From IMG/VR virus record IMGVR_UViG_3300028821_000038, positions 1-64,000 of that record: DNA of 64,000 nucleotides; one strand, given 5' to 3'. Source of the DNA: a virus. The notes below the pieces were generated by a model. It saw only the letters and a program-made list of their open reading frames with translations. It searched no databases and was not told where the DNA came from. Below, in pieces: positions 1 through 9,037 of the stretch. The translations under genes and the position numbers were made by a program. Every line of letters begins with the position of its first letter. Within the stretch, counting starts at the first letter, position 1.

Positions 1-90
1 AGTCAGCACATATCTTTCTTGTCATGTTTATCTACCAGCTTTTTTTTAAAAAGTTCACCCTTTTCGTCCTTGAGAAAAATGGGGGCTAGA

Positions 91-116
91 GAAGAAAACG
101 GGGGCCTCCTACCCCC
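91..116 (-). terminator. Probable intrinsic terminator downstream of the 124..705 gene
   Basis: Minus strand reads GGGGG-TAGGAGG-CCCCC followed by GTTTTCTTC, a few nt after the stop codon. Confidence 0.5.
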
Positions 117-123
117 TCCCTTT

Positions 124-705
124 TTAGACATACCTATAATATTTCATATAGACGTATGTCCCATATCCTGCCTGCCACACGGCAAACAGGATAAACAACC
201 ATACAACCTCCCGAGGAGTGGCCCCCAGGGCTGTAGTGAGCCCTGCTGTTGCCACGCCTAAAATATTGGCGCGACTTTCTAGGACATTTTGCCTAGAGGC
301 CACGGACTCTATTACCCTTTTAGGGTAGTATGCGCTCATCAACCCTCGGTACTTGTTGTGAGTAAGCTTGGCGAGCAGGCCATATGGTATAGTGCCCACC
401 AGGAGCACCGTTGCAAACTCGATGTCCCCCAGCAGGATATTAGAGACCGTTATCCCCCCTATAAAGAGGATATCGTATAGAAGTATGGCTTTTACGGCCC
501 CCCTGAATGATATTTTTTTCGTAAGGAATGGTAGCAACTCTACCATTCCCGCGCTACATACCATCGCCGCTGAAATAGCAGCAATGGCGAGCTGCCCGTT
601 GAATTTACTTGACATGGCGCCAAACACGCCCCATGCCAAGGATATCCAAAAAGACACCGCGAGGTCTGCCCACACAAACCTCTTCATAATCTCTTTTTTC
701 TTCAT
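124..705 (-). CDS. Multi-pass membrane protein (about half-MFS size)
   Basis: 193 aa with about 5-6 hydrophobic helices; AAAGGA RBS upstream; own promoter and terminator. Confidence 0.6.
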   Translation of the reverse strand: MKKKEIMKRFVWADLAVSFWISLAWGVFGAMSSKFNGQLAIAAISAAMVCSAGMVELLPFLTKKISFRGAVKAILLYDILFIGGITVSNILLGDIEFATVLLVGTIPYGLLAKLTHNKYRGLMSAYYPKRVIESVASRQNVLESRANILGVATAGLTTALGATPREVVWLFILFAVWQAGYGTYVYMKYYRYV

Positions 706-745
706 TTTCTTTTCCTTTTTATAGTTTGTTTTTTCGTCCTTATGT

Positions 746-763
746 GCTGACTGAAATGTCAGC
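746..763. promoter_or_regulatory. Palindrome GCTGAC-N6-GTCAGC (operator or leader hairpin)
   Basis: Perfect 6+6 inverted repeat between the -10 box and the start of 124..705; 741..752 is also the exact reverse complement of 1..12. Confidence 0.45.
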
Positions 764-785
764 CAACACCCGCTTAATAAGGATA

Positions 786-794
786 ACTATATCA
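786..794 (-). promoter_or_regulatory. Extended -10 promoter (TGATATAGT)
   Basis: TGn+TATAGT preceded by T-tracts, in intergenic DNA upstream of 124..705. Confidence 0.5.
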
Positions 795-840
795 AAAAAA
801 AAGAAAAACTTTTTATAGAGGCTACCGCCCCTTCAACTAA

Positions 841-1221
841 TTAATAGTTTCGGAACGAGTAGCCACCGCGGAATTTTCTCTCATCTGCAATGAGAGTCAC
901 CACGGCGTAGGTGCTTTCATCTTGGGCCACCACTACCCTGACTCCGTTGAGATCCACAGCTACCTTTTTATAGGCTTGACCGTGTTTCCCTTGGAGAAGC
1001 CGGATTCCCTGGATAATACCACGGGTCACCGTCTCGTTAACTTTCCCACCGAAGCGCTCATAGAGACGCTTGGTAGAGTGGTTTGTCCAGATAACTGAAC
1101 GCCCCACCCGTTCTTTCAGTTTTTCGGTAAAAAACTTACTCAACTTTTGGGTTTGGGTCTTAAAAGCCGAATCAGGCACTTTATCCAAGGCTGCCTGCCC
1201 ACCTTGCGGGGAATTACGCAT
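841..1221 (-). CDS. Hypothetical protein, possibly RelE/DUF4258-like fold
   Basis: WTNHSTKRLYERF and VRVVV...AVVTLI resemble the T-x-H-x-x-x-R-x-x-ER ... VVT pattern of small RNase-fold phage proteins. Confidence 0.4.
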   Translation of the reverse strand: MRNSPQGGQAALDKVPDSAFKTQTQKLSKFFTEKLKERVGRSVIWTNHSTKRLYERFGGKVNETVTRGIIQGIRLLQGKHGQAYKKVAVDLNGVRVVVAQDESTYAVVTLIADERKFRGGYSFRNY

Positions 1222-1366
1222 AAGCTACCCCGCGTTTAGCTGAAGTGCTGTTTAGCCTACTGTAACGCAGGCTAAGAATCACTCCAACTTCATAAATATC
1301 TATCAGAATTTTTGCAAAAAGTTCAATTAGATATAATATGAAATAACCTCGATAAAAGGATAAAAA

Positions 1367-2059
1367 ATGAGGCCATATGTGCTTTTGAATAATGGATATA
1401 CAGGAGAGCTTAAGAGTGATATAAATTACTATAGCCTTGTAGATATATCTCAAAAAATGGGACTAAAAAGAAGTAGAGCATCTAAGTTTGTAAGTATACT
1501 TGGGGCGTCCAATCCTATTGAGAAAAAATACGGCTCCCTAAAAGAAGAGTTTTTAGATAAAAATATGCTGGTGGCTGTGGGTAAAAAATCTGATTATAAT
1601 GGAAAGTGGGTAGTGTCGGCAGATGTTGCAAGGTTGTTTGTCTCATATACAACAGGGGTGCCTCTTGATGTTAAAGAGGCTGTTTTGAATGAGATATCAA
1701 GGGATGAGGAATATTTCGAGAAGAATAACCGTGGGCTCTTTGATGCTATAGAGGAAGAAGATAAGAAGAAAAACAACCTTACTGTAAATATTGGGGTTCT
1801 GGGAACTATTCCTTTGGAGAAGTGGGTGCTTTCTGTGTTGAGAAGATACAAAGAGGCTTATCGTAATGAGATTATGGATATTATCGAACTATCAAATAAG
1901 GCTGATTTAGAAAAGGCAAAAGCTATGGGACTCATTGAAATAAAAACCGAATCGCTTCCAACGATAGGAGGGATAGAGGAGCTTCCTGTGGAGTATATTA
2001 CTCCGATAGGGCAGGTTATATACGAACAAAGGATACTAAAGAGATATCAAATGGTTTGA
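1367..2059 (+). CDS. Antirepressor-like DNA-binding protein (KilAC/ANT-like C-terminus)
   Basis: C-terminal AMGLIEIKT...ITPIGQVIY resembles the ANT domain end; AAAGGA RBS; TATAAT at 1332..1337. Confidence 0.5.
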   Translation: MRPYVLLNNGYTGELKSDINYYSLVDISQKMGLKRSRASKFVSILGASNPIEKKYGSLKEEFLDKNMLVAVGKKSDYNGKWVVSADVARLFVSYTTGVPLDVKEAVLNEISRDEEYFEKNNRGLFDAIEEEDKKKNNLTVNIGVLGTIPLEKWVLSVLRRYKEAYRNEIMDIIELSNKADLEKAKAMGLIEIKTESLPTIGGIEELPVEYITPIGQVIYEQRILKRYQMV

Positions 2060-2099
2060 TGTCTCCACTCCTTAAAGGAAGTGTTTTTTGGTCGGTTAA

Positions 2100-2108
2100 T
2101 GGTATAAT
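2100..2108 (+). promoter_or_regulatory. Extended -10 promoter TGGTATAAT
   Basis: Perfect TGnTATAAT 16 nt upstream of the helicase start. Confidence 0.65.
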
Positions 2109-2124
2109 ATCCTAAAAACAGGAT

Positions 2125-4299
2125 ATGACTATGGGACTCAAGAAGGATGTTAAGCCAAGAGAACATCAAGAACAGGCTGTTAAAAGGCTATTGCGCTCTG
2201 ATGGTAGTTTAATACTCGCTCATGATGTTGGAACTGGTAAGACCTTAACTTCCATTATGGGTTTTGAGGCTCTTCGAAAAAAAGGAAAAGCCAAAAGAGC
2301 CCTTGTTGTTGTGCCAGCCTCTCTGAAGAGAAATTTTGTAGAGGATGGTGTCAAGAAATTTACGACTGATTCACATCTGGTGCTAGGTAATAAACAAGAG
2401 GCTGCTCATGGAGGAAAAAATGTTAAAAGTATAGATGAGGTTACCCCCCAGACAGCTGCTACTTATAATGTGGTATCGTATGATATGTTCAAGAAAGATC
2501 CAGAAAAATATCTGGATAGAACAAAGGCTGACACTGTTATATACGACGAACTTCATCGTGCGAAAAATGAAACCTCCAAAATTACCGATGTCATCAAAAA
2601 GGTAAGAGGCAAGCATAGAAACTTTATAGGTCTTACGGGCTCTGTGGTAAGCAATTCCCCAGCAGATCTGGTGCCTCTTGTTGATGCCATGACGGATGGA
2701 AAACACTACCTAGGAAACAAGGATAGTTTTGAGTCAAGATTTTTAGATGTTGATTCTAATGGGAGGAAGACCATAAAGAATCTTCCAGTGCTCAAAACAC
2801 TTGCAGGAAAGTATATAGATTTTGTAGATAGAGATGATTTGAAAAATGCAAAGCCTCCAGCGCGAGAATATCATGAACATGATGTGGTGATGAGTCCTCT
2901 TCAGGGGGATTTATACAGATATGCAATTGAGCAACTTGATCCTATTACAAAAGCAAAACTGAAGGTTGGTATCGGAAAGCTGTCAAACTCTGATATAAAA
3001 AAGATTGGCAATAAAATGATGGGGATGCGTCAAATATCTAATGCTCCGCATACGGCTGTATCAAAAATGTCACTTGAGGAGTCGTACAAAAACTCTCCAA
3101 AAGTAAAAAAACTTATCCAGAATGTAAAAGATCATCTTAGTAAAACCAAAGATGGGCAGGTAATAATAGGCACACAGTTTATAAATGGCGGAGTGGATAT
3201 CTTGTCTCACGCCCTAAAAAAAGAGAAAATTCCGTTTGGTGTGTTTATTGGAAAAGGAAATAAGGGAGTTAGTGAAAAAACAAGAAATAAGGCTGTTGAC
3301 GACTATAATGCTGGGAAAAACAAAGTAATTATCCTTACTGCTGCAGGTGGTGAAGGCATCAACCTTCCTAATACTACTGAGGTTCATCTTCTTGATGGGC
3401 ACTTTAACCCTGAAGCTATTAGTCAGCTGGAAGCCAGGGGAATAAGAGCAGGAGGCCTGGCACACAGAGCAGAGAAGGATAGAAAAGTTAAAATACACAA
3501 ATATCGCTCCGTGCAAGATTTGAGGTTATCCAATGTGGCCTCCAATTTATATATGATGGCCAACCCTATCTCTTTGATAGGGCGCGTACTCGACGAAGGG
3601 CCTGCTCTTGTTAATCCTTTGGACAGGGGAATTTCTGCGGATAAGTGGGTGTATGATGTCTCGGATATGAAAGCAAAAAATAACAGGGAGCTGAAGCGCT
3701 CTCTAAGAAAGACCGCAGCACAGCTTATTACTCCAGAGAATAAAATTATGGAGGAATATTACAATAGATTTGGTGATGATATTACTGATGTTGTTGGCAC
3801 AGACAAATATATAAACCAAGACGAGGAACATAAATATATCGACAGACTGAGAGACAGCTATCGAAAAATTGTAAACTCAAAGAGCTATAACAATATTGGT
3901 GCAAAAAAGTCTGCTCTTGCCAAAAAAAATAATCCACATAATTTTACACTGAAGGATTTTGATGATAATGGAAAATTGAAGTTGACAAGTTATTTGGATC
4001 CAAGAAAAAATCTTGCCCTATATGTTGCTCCTGCCGCACTTGGAGGTGCTGGCTACATGGCCGCAAAGAGCATCAAGAGCAAAAAACCTACATATGGACA
4101 TTATATTAGTCTTGGTCTTAGTCTTGGTCTTGGTAGTGGACTTCTTGCTTTGTCTAGATATAGATCTGATTACGGCACATTGTCAAAAGCGGAAGCTAGA
4201 AAAAAAAGCAAGCTTTCTGATGCAGATTTACTAAAAATGCTCAGGGGAGAGAATGTCTCCAAAGAAGAGATCCTAAAAACTAATTATGCTTTAAAGTAA
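2125..4299 (+). CDS. SNF2/SF2 helicase with a C-terminal extension carrying two hydrophobic segments
   Basis: Motifs AHDVGTGKT (I), VVVPASL (Ia), YDELH (II), LTGS (III), GGEGINL (V), QLEARGIR (VI); after LRKTAA a non-helicase tail with Gly-rich hydrophobic stretches. Confidence 0.85.
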   Translation: MTMGLKKDVKPREHQEQAVKRLLRSDGSLILAHDVGTGKTLTSIMGFEALRKKGKAKRALVVVPASLKRNFVEDGVKKFTTDSHLVLGNKQEAAHGGKNVKSIDEVTPQTAATYNVVSYDMFKKDPEKYLDRTKADTVIYDELHRAKNETSKITDVIKKVRGKHRNFIGLTGSVVSNSPADLVPLVDAMTDGKHYLGNKDSFESRFLDVDSNGRKTIKNLPVLKTLAGKYIDFVDRDDLKNAKPPAREYHEHDVVMSPLQGDLYRYAIEQLDPITKAKLKVGIGKLSNSDIKKIGNKMMGMRQISNAPHTAVSKMSLEESYKNSPKVKKLIQNVKDHLSKTKDGQVIIGTQFINGGVDILSHALKKEKIPFGVFIGKGNKGVSEKTRNKAVDDYNAGKNKVIILTAAGGEGINLPNTTEVHLLDGHFNPEAISQLEARGIRAGGLAHRAEKDRKVKIHKYRSVQDLRLSNVASNLYMMANPISLIGRVLDEGPALVNPLDRGISADKWVYDVSDMKAKNNRELKRSLRKTAAQLITPENKIMEEYYNRFGDDITDVVGTDKYINQDEEHKYIDRLRDSYRKIVNSKSYNNIGAKKSALAKKNNPHNFTLKDFDDNGKLKLTSYLDPRKNLALYVAPAALGGAGYMAAKSIKSKKPTYGHYISLGLSLGLGSGLLALSRYRSDYGTLSKAEARKKSKLSDADLLKMLRGENVSKEEILKTNYALK

Positions 4300-4313
4300 A
4301 ATATAATGAAGAG

Positions 4314-4397
4314 TGGTACCCCCGCCCGGATTCGAACCGGGACGCCAAGTGGCAGTGAATTTTAAGTCCACGGTGTCTACCATTTCACCACAGGGGC
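4314..4397 (-). tRNA. tRNA-Leu (anticodon TAA)
   Basis: GCCCCTG acceptor stem, TGGTAGA D-loop, GTGGA-CTTAAAA-TTCAC anticodon arm, long variable arm, GGTTCGAATCC T-loop, encoded CCA. Confidence 0.95.
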
Positions 4398-4434
4398 ATA
4401 GGCGGCCACGAAGGATATTATCGCGGCCAATGGT

Positions 4435-4926
4435 TTAATTTTGACGAGGTGGATTCTCCACCATATCAAGGGTTTTTATAAGAGAATCATACCAGAAGGG
4501 ATGAAATCCTAGAATATGTGCTCCCTCTACAGTATCAATACTGATTAGTGGTACATCCTTTTTTTTAAACCCTGAAACAAATCGACCTTTTTTGATTGTG
4601 TCTCTGGTGTTTGGCTTTATCTTGGCCTTTTTCCAGTCTGGTCTCTTTGTTTTTTTATTGTTTTTTACGGATATATTTTTCATGAGTTCCATTATGGACT
4701 CTTTTATATCCTTGATATCATCCTCACTTAAGATGGAGACAGACCGATAGTGGCAGTCATCCTCTATCATGAGGTGATACCTTTTACCTATTTCCAGCAT
4801 CCCAAATACCCCGTGAGCCACCAGGGGACGGACCCCTGATGCCGAGAAGACATCCCCAATTGTTACTGAGAGTATATTGGGACAATCCTCGGCCTCTATT
4901 AGCCCTTTTATCTACTGCTTGTTCAT
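4435..4926 (-). pseudogene. Hypothetical gene with in-frame TAG at codon 5 (ORF track reports only 4435..4821)
   Basis: ATG at 4926 overlaps the upstream TGA (ATGA); the frame is open to 4435 except for TAG at 4914..4912. Confidence 0.55.
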
Positions 4927-5243
4927 TGTATTGCAACAATATTGGGGTATACAGAGAATACAGGGATGCGAAAACCGGTATACTGAATAATCACCTTGCT
5001 CCCAATTTTTTGGGAGAGTTTACCATAAAGGTCGCTGGAGTTAAACTTCAGAAATCTCCAATCGTCTTTATTAGTAAAGACTCCCTTGTCGGTGAACACA
5101 AGGTACTGGTCGGATACCCTCTCTGTCTTGGTAACGGTTACCCTTTGGGCATCCATCAGTATATAGCCGATCCCTGTATATGTAATAGCAGCAAGTACAA
5201 CTATTACCAGCATCCAGAGGGCTCCCTTTTTAATCTTGGTCAT
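4923..5243 (-). CDS. Membrane-anchored phage protein (DUF1523-like)
   Basis: N-terminal TM helix, then YLVFTDKGVFTNKD...KFNSSDL and GFRIPVFSVYPNIV. Confidence 0.6.
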   Translation of the reverse strand: MTKIKKGALWMLVIVVLAAITYTGIGYILMDAQRVTVTKTERVSDQYLVFTDKGVFTNKDDWRFLKFNSSDLYGKLSQKIGSKVIIQYTGFRIPVFSVYPNIVAIQ

Positions 5244-5448
5244 CTTTTTTGACCTCCTCGATGACCCCCTGCTGAATTAGATATTTGATGATATCCTCAG
5301 CGTCTCCGGTAAACTCTCCCACTCTATATGTGGTCTTGTTAGAGATTTTTTGCTCTATGGAGCCTACTGCCTGTACAACCTTGCCGGCTGCATTATCGAG
5401 TTTGTTCCCTATGTTTTCAAAGAATCCCATCTTTTCGAAAATATCCAT
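5230..5448 (-). CDS. Hypothetical protein
   Basis: 72 aa, GGAGG RBS, coupled to neighbouring genes. Confidence 0.6.
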   Translation of the reverse strand: MDIFEKMGFFENIGNKLDNAAGKVVQAVGSIEQKISNKTTYRVGEFTGDAEDIIKYLIQQGVIEEVKKDDQD

Positions 5449-5464
5449 TTTTTTTCTCCTCCGT

Positions 5465-6247
5465 TCAGTGGTCTAAACTCAGAACCGCTTCTGCGATTCT
5501 GTCTTTTGTTTTATCATCAACATCCCTGGAGACATATACATTTGCCGTTGTGCAAATAGTATCTACCTTTCCTCCAAAGAAATGATCGAACACCTTAACA
5601 GTTTCAAAGGTGTAGATAGGTTCACCTTTAAATTTGTCGTTGAGATCCCAATCTTTGATGTCTCTAATTGTTAGCCCCGCATCCTCTATCTGCTTAAAAA
5701 CCCTAGAGTTTATTCTGGGCTTGGTGACAATTATTGCGGCATCAAACACCCCTGATTTTACTTTCGCAAGGGCCATGTTGCCGCCATTGTAGTAGGTGTC
5801 GGCTTTGCTAAAGCCGTTTTCCAGCATGGTCATATATTCCCATGTTACTTGGCTACCGCTTCCGTTTTTTCCGATGTCTACTTTGATCCCCTCTCTCTGG
5901 AGGTCTCCATCATCCTTTATCTTCCCGTCTTTTTTTGTTACGAGAAAGACGCACTCTTTGTAAAGTGTGCCTATCGGCTCTATTTTATTTTCTGCTTCTG
6001 GATGCTTTTTGGTGTAATATCTATATGCATCCGCTTGGGCTAGAGCCACTTGAGCTTCTCCCTTTAGCAGTCTGTCGAAATTTTGCACAGAACCATTGCT
6101 TGGCTCAACAGTACTGTTTTTTACTTTATAACCTATTTTTATACCATACTTATAGTATGACCCTTTGCGGGTTCCAGTAGTAATGACTACACCTTGAGCC
6201 ATAAGAATGGCGCTAAATATCGAAATAAGTATAATTTTTTTTATCAT
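5465..6247 (-). CDS. TAXI-family TRAP solute-binding protein
   Basis: Signal peptide MIKKIILISIFSAILMA; ITTGTRKGSYY, SNGSVQNF, ALAQAD, LYKECVFLV, IGKNGSGS motifs; start placed at ATG 6247 after AGGAGG. Confidence 0.8.
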   Translation of the reverse strand: MIKKIILISIFSAILMAQGVVITTGTRKGSYYKYGIKIGYKVKNSTVEPSNGSVQNFDRLLKGEAQVALAQADAYRYYTKKHPEAENKIEPIGTLYKECVFLVTKKDGKIKDDGDLQREGIKVDIGKNGSGSQVTWEYMTMLENGFSKADTYYNGGNMALAKVKSGVFDAAIIVTKPRINSRVFKQIEDAGLTIRDIKDWDLNDKFKGEPIYTFETVKVFDHFFGGKVDTICTTANVYVSRDVDDKTKDRIAEAVLSLDH

Positions 6248-6372
6248 TTTTTCCTCCTGTATTTTGTTAGGCCGCATAATTTACGGCACAGCATTCCTGC
6301 AGCCCTACTTATCTATCTTATACTTTCCTCCTTTCTATAGTTTAATCTCATTGATTTGTTTCAACATAGATA

Positions 6373-7095
6373 TTAAACCTCTGTTACTATCTCATTGGGG
6401 CTATTCATAATCGGTATTTGATATATTGGCTTTGTGCCATCAGGAATCCTGAAATCCTTAAATACTGATACAGGATATTTTGCAATCGTGACAGCATTGT
6501 TTTGATTGCCGCCGAGACCATAAATGAATTTCTTATCCCGAGATATCCCGACCACTATAGTTACATGCCCGCCGCCTTTTCTCTTTTTAACAGCAACTGC
6601 ACCGTAGGCCGGCGAACTGACAGATCTTCCCCAGTTTAACCAATCTAATGCTCTATACGGGTATTTCGATAGTTGAAATCCTGCTTTTTTCATTACAAAT
6701 CCAACAAAGCTGCCACACCATGGAATATCGTCTTTTGCCCATGGTATACCAACAGTATCGTGGTACTGTTCAACTCTTGGATTTGATCTTCTTTTGCCAG
6801 GGGCTTCTTTTACCCCAAGCTCCTCTATTGCAATCTTGACCCAGCTAGGCATCTTGTTGTTTGGTGCGATTACACTCTCTTTTTTAATGAACAGTTCGGC
6901 CATTCTTTTATTGTCTATATTTTTGATTGCTTCAATAGTCAATGGGCCTATAATTCCATCTGTTGAAATATTTTGACCCATATCAACCAAGACTCTTTGG
7001 AGTTTTTTAGCAGTATCCTTGTCATTGTTTTGGATTATAGTCTCCACCCATACTCTGGTTAGTGGATTCTTTAGATTTTCGGTAGGAGCACTCAT
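6373..7095 (-). CDS. Endolysin: peptidoglycan-binding domain plus TIGR02594 (CHAP/NlpC-P60-like) peptidase
   Basis: LQRVL...DGIIGPLT PG-binding motif; PWCGSFV catalytic Cys, GGGHV His, LGGNQ; start at ATG 7095 after AGAAGGA. Confidence 0.85.
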   Translation of the reverse strand: MSAPTENLKNPLTRVWVETIIQNNDKDTAKKLQRVLVDMGQNISTDGIIGPLTIEAIKNIDNKRMAELFIKKESVIAPNNKMPSWVKIAIEELGVKEAPGKRRSNPRVEQYHDTVGIPWAKDDIPWCGSFVGFVMKKAGFQLSKYPYRALDWLNWGRSVSSPAYGAVAVKKRKGGGHVTIVVGISRDKKFIYGLGGNQNNAVTIAKYPVSVFKDFRIPDGTKPIYQIPIMNSPNEIVTEV

Positions 7096-7126
7096 AAATA
7101 TCCTTCTTGTTAATTTAAACAAGAAA

Positions 7127-7135
7127 TGATACAAT
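7127..7135 (+). promoter_or_regulatory. Extended -10 promoter TGATACAAT for the neck/tail operon
   Basis: In the divergent intergenic region upstream of 7169. Confidence 0.55.
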
Positions 7136-7168
7136 ATTAAAACTTAATTCCACTTAAAGGATAAAATC

Positions 7169-7531
7169 ATGACTATAACAAACATTACAGACAATAGAAT
7201 CATCAATGCTGCCGGGAGGCTAATCGATCCAGGAAAAACAATCCTTATGGAGGTAAGCTATTATGCTCAACATAAAAGCTTTGTCGATCAGTATATAAAA
7301 GAAGGCAAGGCAAAAATCGATGGGCTGGATGAGTATGAAGCTTTTCTGAAGTCCGGTAAAGAGGAAGAACAAAAGGACGAATCGGCAGATCTTCTCACGG
7401 AGGTGCAGGCTGAAGCAGAAGAGAAGCAGAAAGTAGAAACCGAACCCGCAGCCGAAGAGGAGCAGGAAGCTGAGGCTGAAGCAGAAGAGAAACCCAAAAC
7501 CACAAGAAGAAGACGCTCTCGGGATAAATAA
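7169..7531 (+). CDS. Small protein with acidic low-complexity linker and basic tail, probably virion-associated
   Basis: First gene of the structural operon; 19-nt direct repeat AGGCTGAAGCAGAAGAGAA at 7407 and 7473. Confidence 0.6.
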   Translation: MTITNITDNRIINAAGRLIDPGKTILMEVSYYAQHKSFVDQYIKEGKAKIDGLDEYEAFLKSGKEEEQKDESADLLTEVQAEAEEKQKVETEPAAEEEQEAEAEAEEKPKTTRRRRSRDK

Positions 7532-8007
7532 TGCTTGATCCGGAAAAGATAAAGGAATATATCAAAGATAAGCCGGAACTGAACATTCTATATGATAATA
7601 TGGAGCAGTTCAGTGAAGAGCTTATGGATGTTATCATTCCTATGACTTATCAAGAAGTGCAAGTTCTTGCCCCTGCTATTGCTGAACCGAAAGAACAGCT
7701 ACCTGATGTCATTATGCTTCATGGGGTTCTTGCTAGGCTTCTTGAGTCTGAATCTTTCTTGGAACTTAGAAATCAGTTGCAGTATCAAGACAATAACATG
7801 CAGAGTATGCCTCTTTCTAATAAACATGGAGAGTATACGCAGTTGTCGCAACTGATGAGGCAATATTTTCAGCAGCTTCTTAGTGCGTTTGCTACAGCAA
7901 AGTTCTACCAAACAGCATGGGGGTCGTCGTGGTCCAACTCCGTCGAGATGGATTATATGTGGGGTGGATACTTTGATGTCAACCTATATCAGGATTTACT
8001 CCCATGA
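7531..8007 (+). CDS. Putative head-tail adaptor (neck) protein
   Basis: 158 aa helical protein; position ahead of neck, terminator and sheath genes. Confidence 0.45.
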   Translation: MLDPEKIKEYIKDKPELNILYDNMEQFSEELMDVIIPMTYQEVQVLAPAIAEPKEQLPDVIMLHGVLARLLESESFLELRNQLQYQDNNMQSMPLSNKHGEYTQLSQLMRQYFQQLLSAFATAKFYQTAWGSSWSNSVEMDYMWGGYFDVNLYQDLLP

Positions 8008-8786
8008 TAAAGGCTAGGATAAACAAAGATGGCTCCTCTATACTTAGAGTCTTTATCGATAGAATAGATGAGCCAATCGAAAATGGGGTCATAGAGCTCT
8101 ATTTGGTTGACCCCAAAAAAGAAAAAACCCTCATAGCAAAGCAGCCGTACGAAAAACTAACTTTAGTGTATGATTTTGATATGGCCGATAATTCCCCATA
8201 TAATATTGGGGACTACAATTATAGTGTCATAATCAAAGATGAGACATCTGTTTCAGAAAGTAAACCAATGAAGCTTTTTGGTGGTGCTCCTATGCACATT
8301 AGGGGGGCTATCAAAAAAATAAGATATGACTTTCAGATTGTAGCTAAACAATACAATGGAAGCAAAGCTTACCTGTTTAAGCGTATTCCTGGCCAAGAGA
8401 AGTGTCCGGCATGCTGGGATGAGGACCTTCAGTCATCCAGTAATAGTAATTGCCTAGTATGTGGTGGTACAGGCTTCATCTCTTATTACTCAAAGCCATA
8501 CAAGACATATGCTGGGCCGCTACACTTTGCCAACGAGGCGTTTTCCACTGAGGATGCAGGAAAGGTGCTTCAAAGTCCTTTAATTAGGATTTCAATGTTG
8601 GCTGATTTTATATTGATGGAAAATGATATAATTTTCTATGAAAAAACACGAGATTGGCTTAGGGTTAAAGATCGAACCATTAGTGAACTTCAAACATATC
8701 CGGTGTTGCAGAGTTTTACAGCGGCAGTAATGCCATCTGGTTCACCGGAGATTGAAGTAGCCAAAAAACAATTAGAAAGGATGTAG
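8004..8786 (+). CDS. Putative neck/head-closure protein with Zn finger
   Basis: CPACWD...NCLVCGGTGF; synteny with the sheath gene. Confidence 0.5.
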   Translation: MIKARINKDGSSILRVFIDRIDEPIENGVIELYLVDPKKEKTLIAKQPYEKLTLVYDFDMADNSPYNIGDYNYSVIIKDETSVSESKPMKLFGGAPMHIRGAIKKIRYDFQIVAKQYNGSKAYLFKRIPGQEKCPACWDEDLQSSSNSNCLVCGGTGFISYYSKPYKTYAGPLHFANEAFSTEDAGKVLQSPLIRISMLADFILMENDIIFYEKTRDWLRVKDRTISELQTYPVLQSFTAAVMPSGSPEIEVAKKQLERM

Positions 8787-8788
8787 AT

Positions 8789-9037
8789 ATGACTATGGCA
8801 GAATTGGAAAAGCAGGCTTTTCTAAGAGGGATCGGTATGGGATTTCATAGCGTAGGGAAGCTTTTTGGAGATCTCGGTAAAGCGACTGCAAAAGGCGCAC
8901 CAAAAGGGAGTATCGGGAAAGCATTTGGTAGTTTTGCGAATAGATCTCCATATATGGCATATGGGGTGCCGGGCGCAGCAGCTACCTATGGTACCTATAA
9001 ATTTCTAAGTAGTGGCAATAATAACCAAAGAAGATAG
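8789..9037 (+). CDS. Small Gly-rich membrane-type protein with N-terminal LEKQA motif
   Basis: MTMAELEKQA followed by amphipathic Gly-rich sequence and a hydrophobic segment. Confidence 0.65.
   Translation: MTMAELEKQAFLRGIGMGFHSVGKLFGDLGKATAKGAPKGSIGKAFGSFANRSPYMAYGVPGAAATYGTYKFLSSGNNNQRR

Noticed and set aside
4314-4397. tRNA as a stop-codon suppressor
   Set aside because: Anticodon TAA reads the Leu codon TTA; an amber suppressor would need CTA
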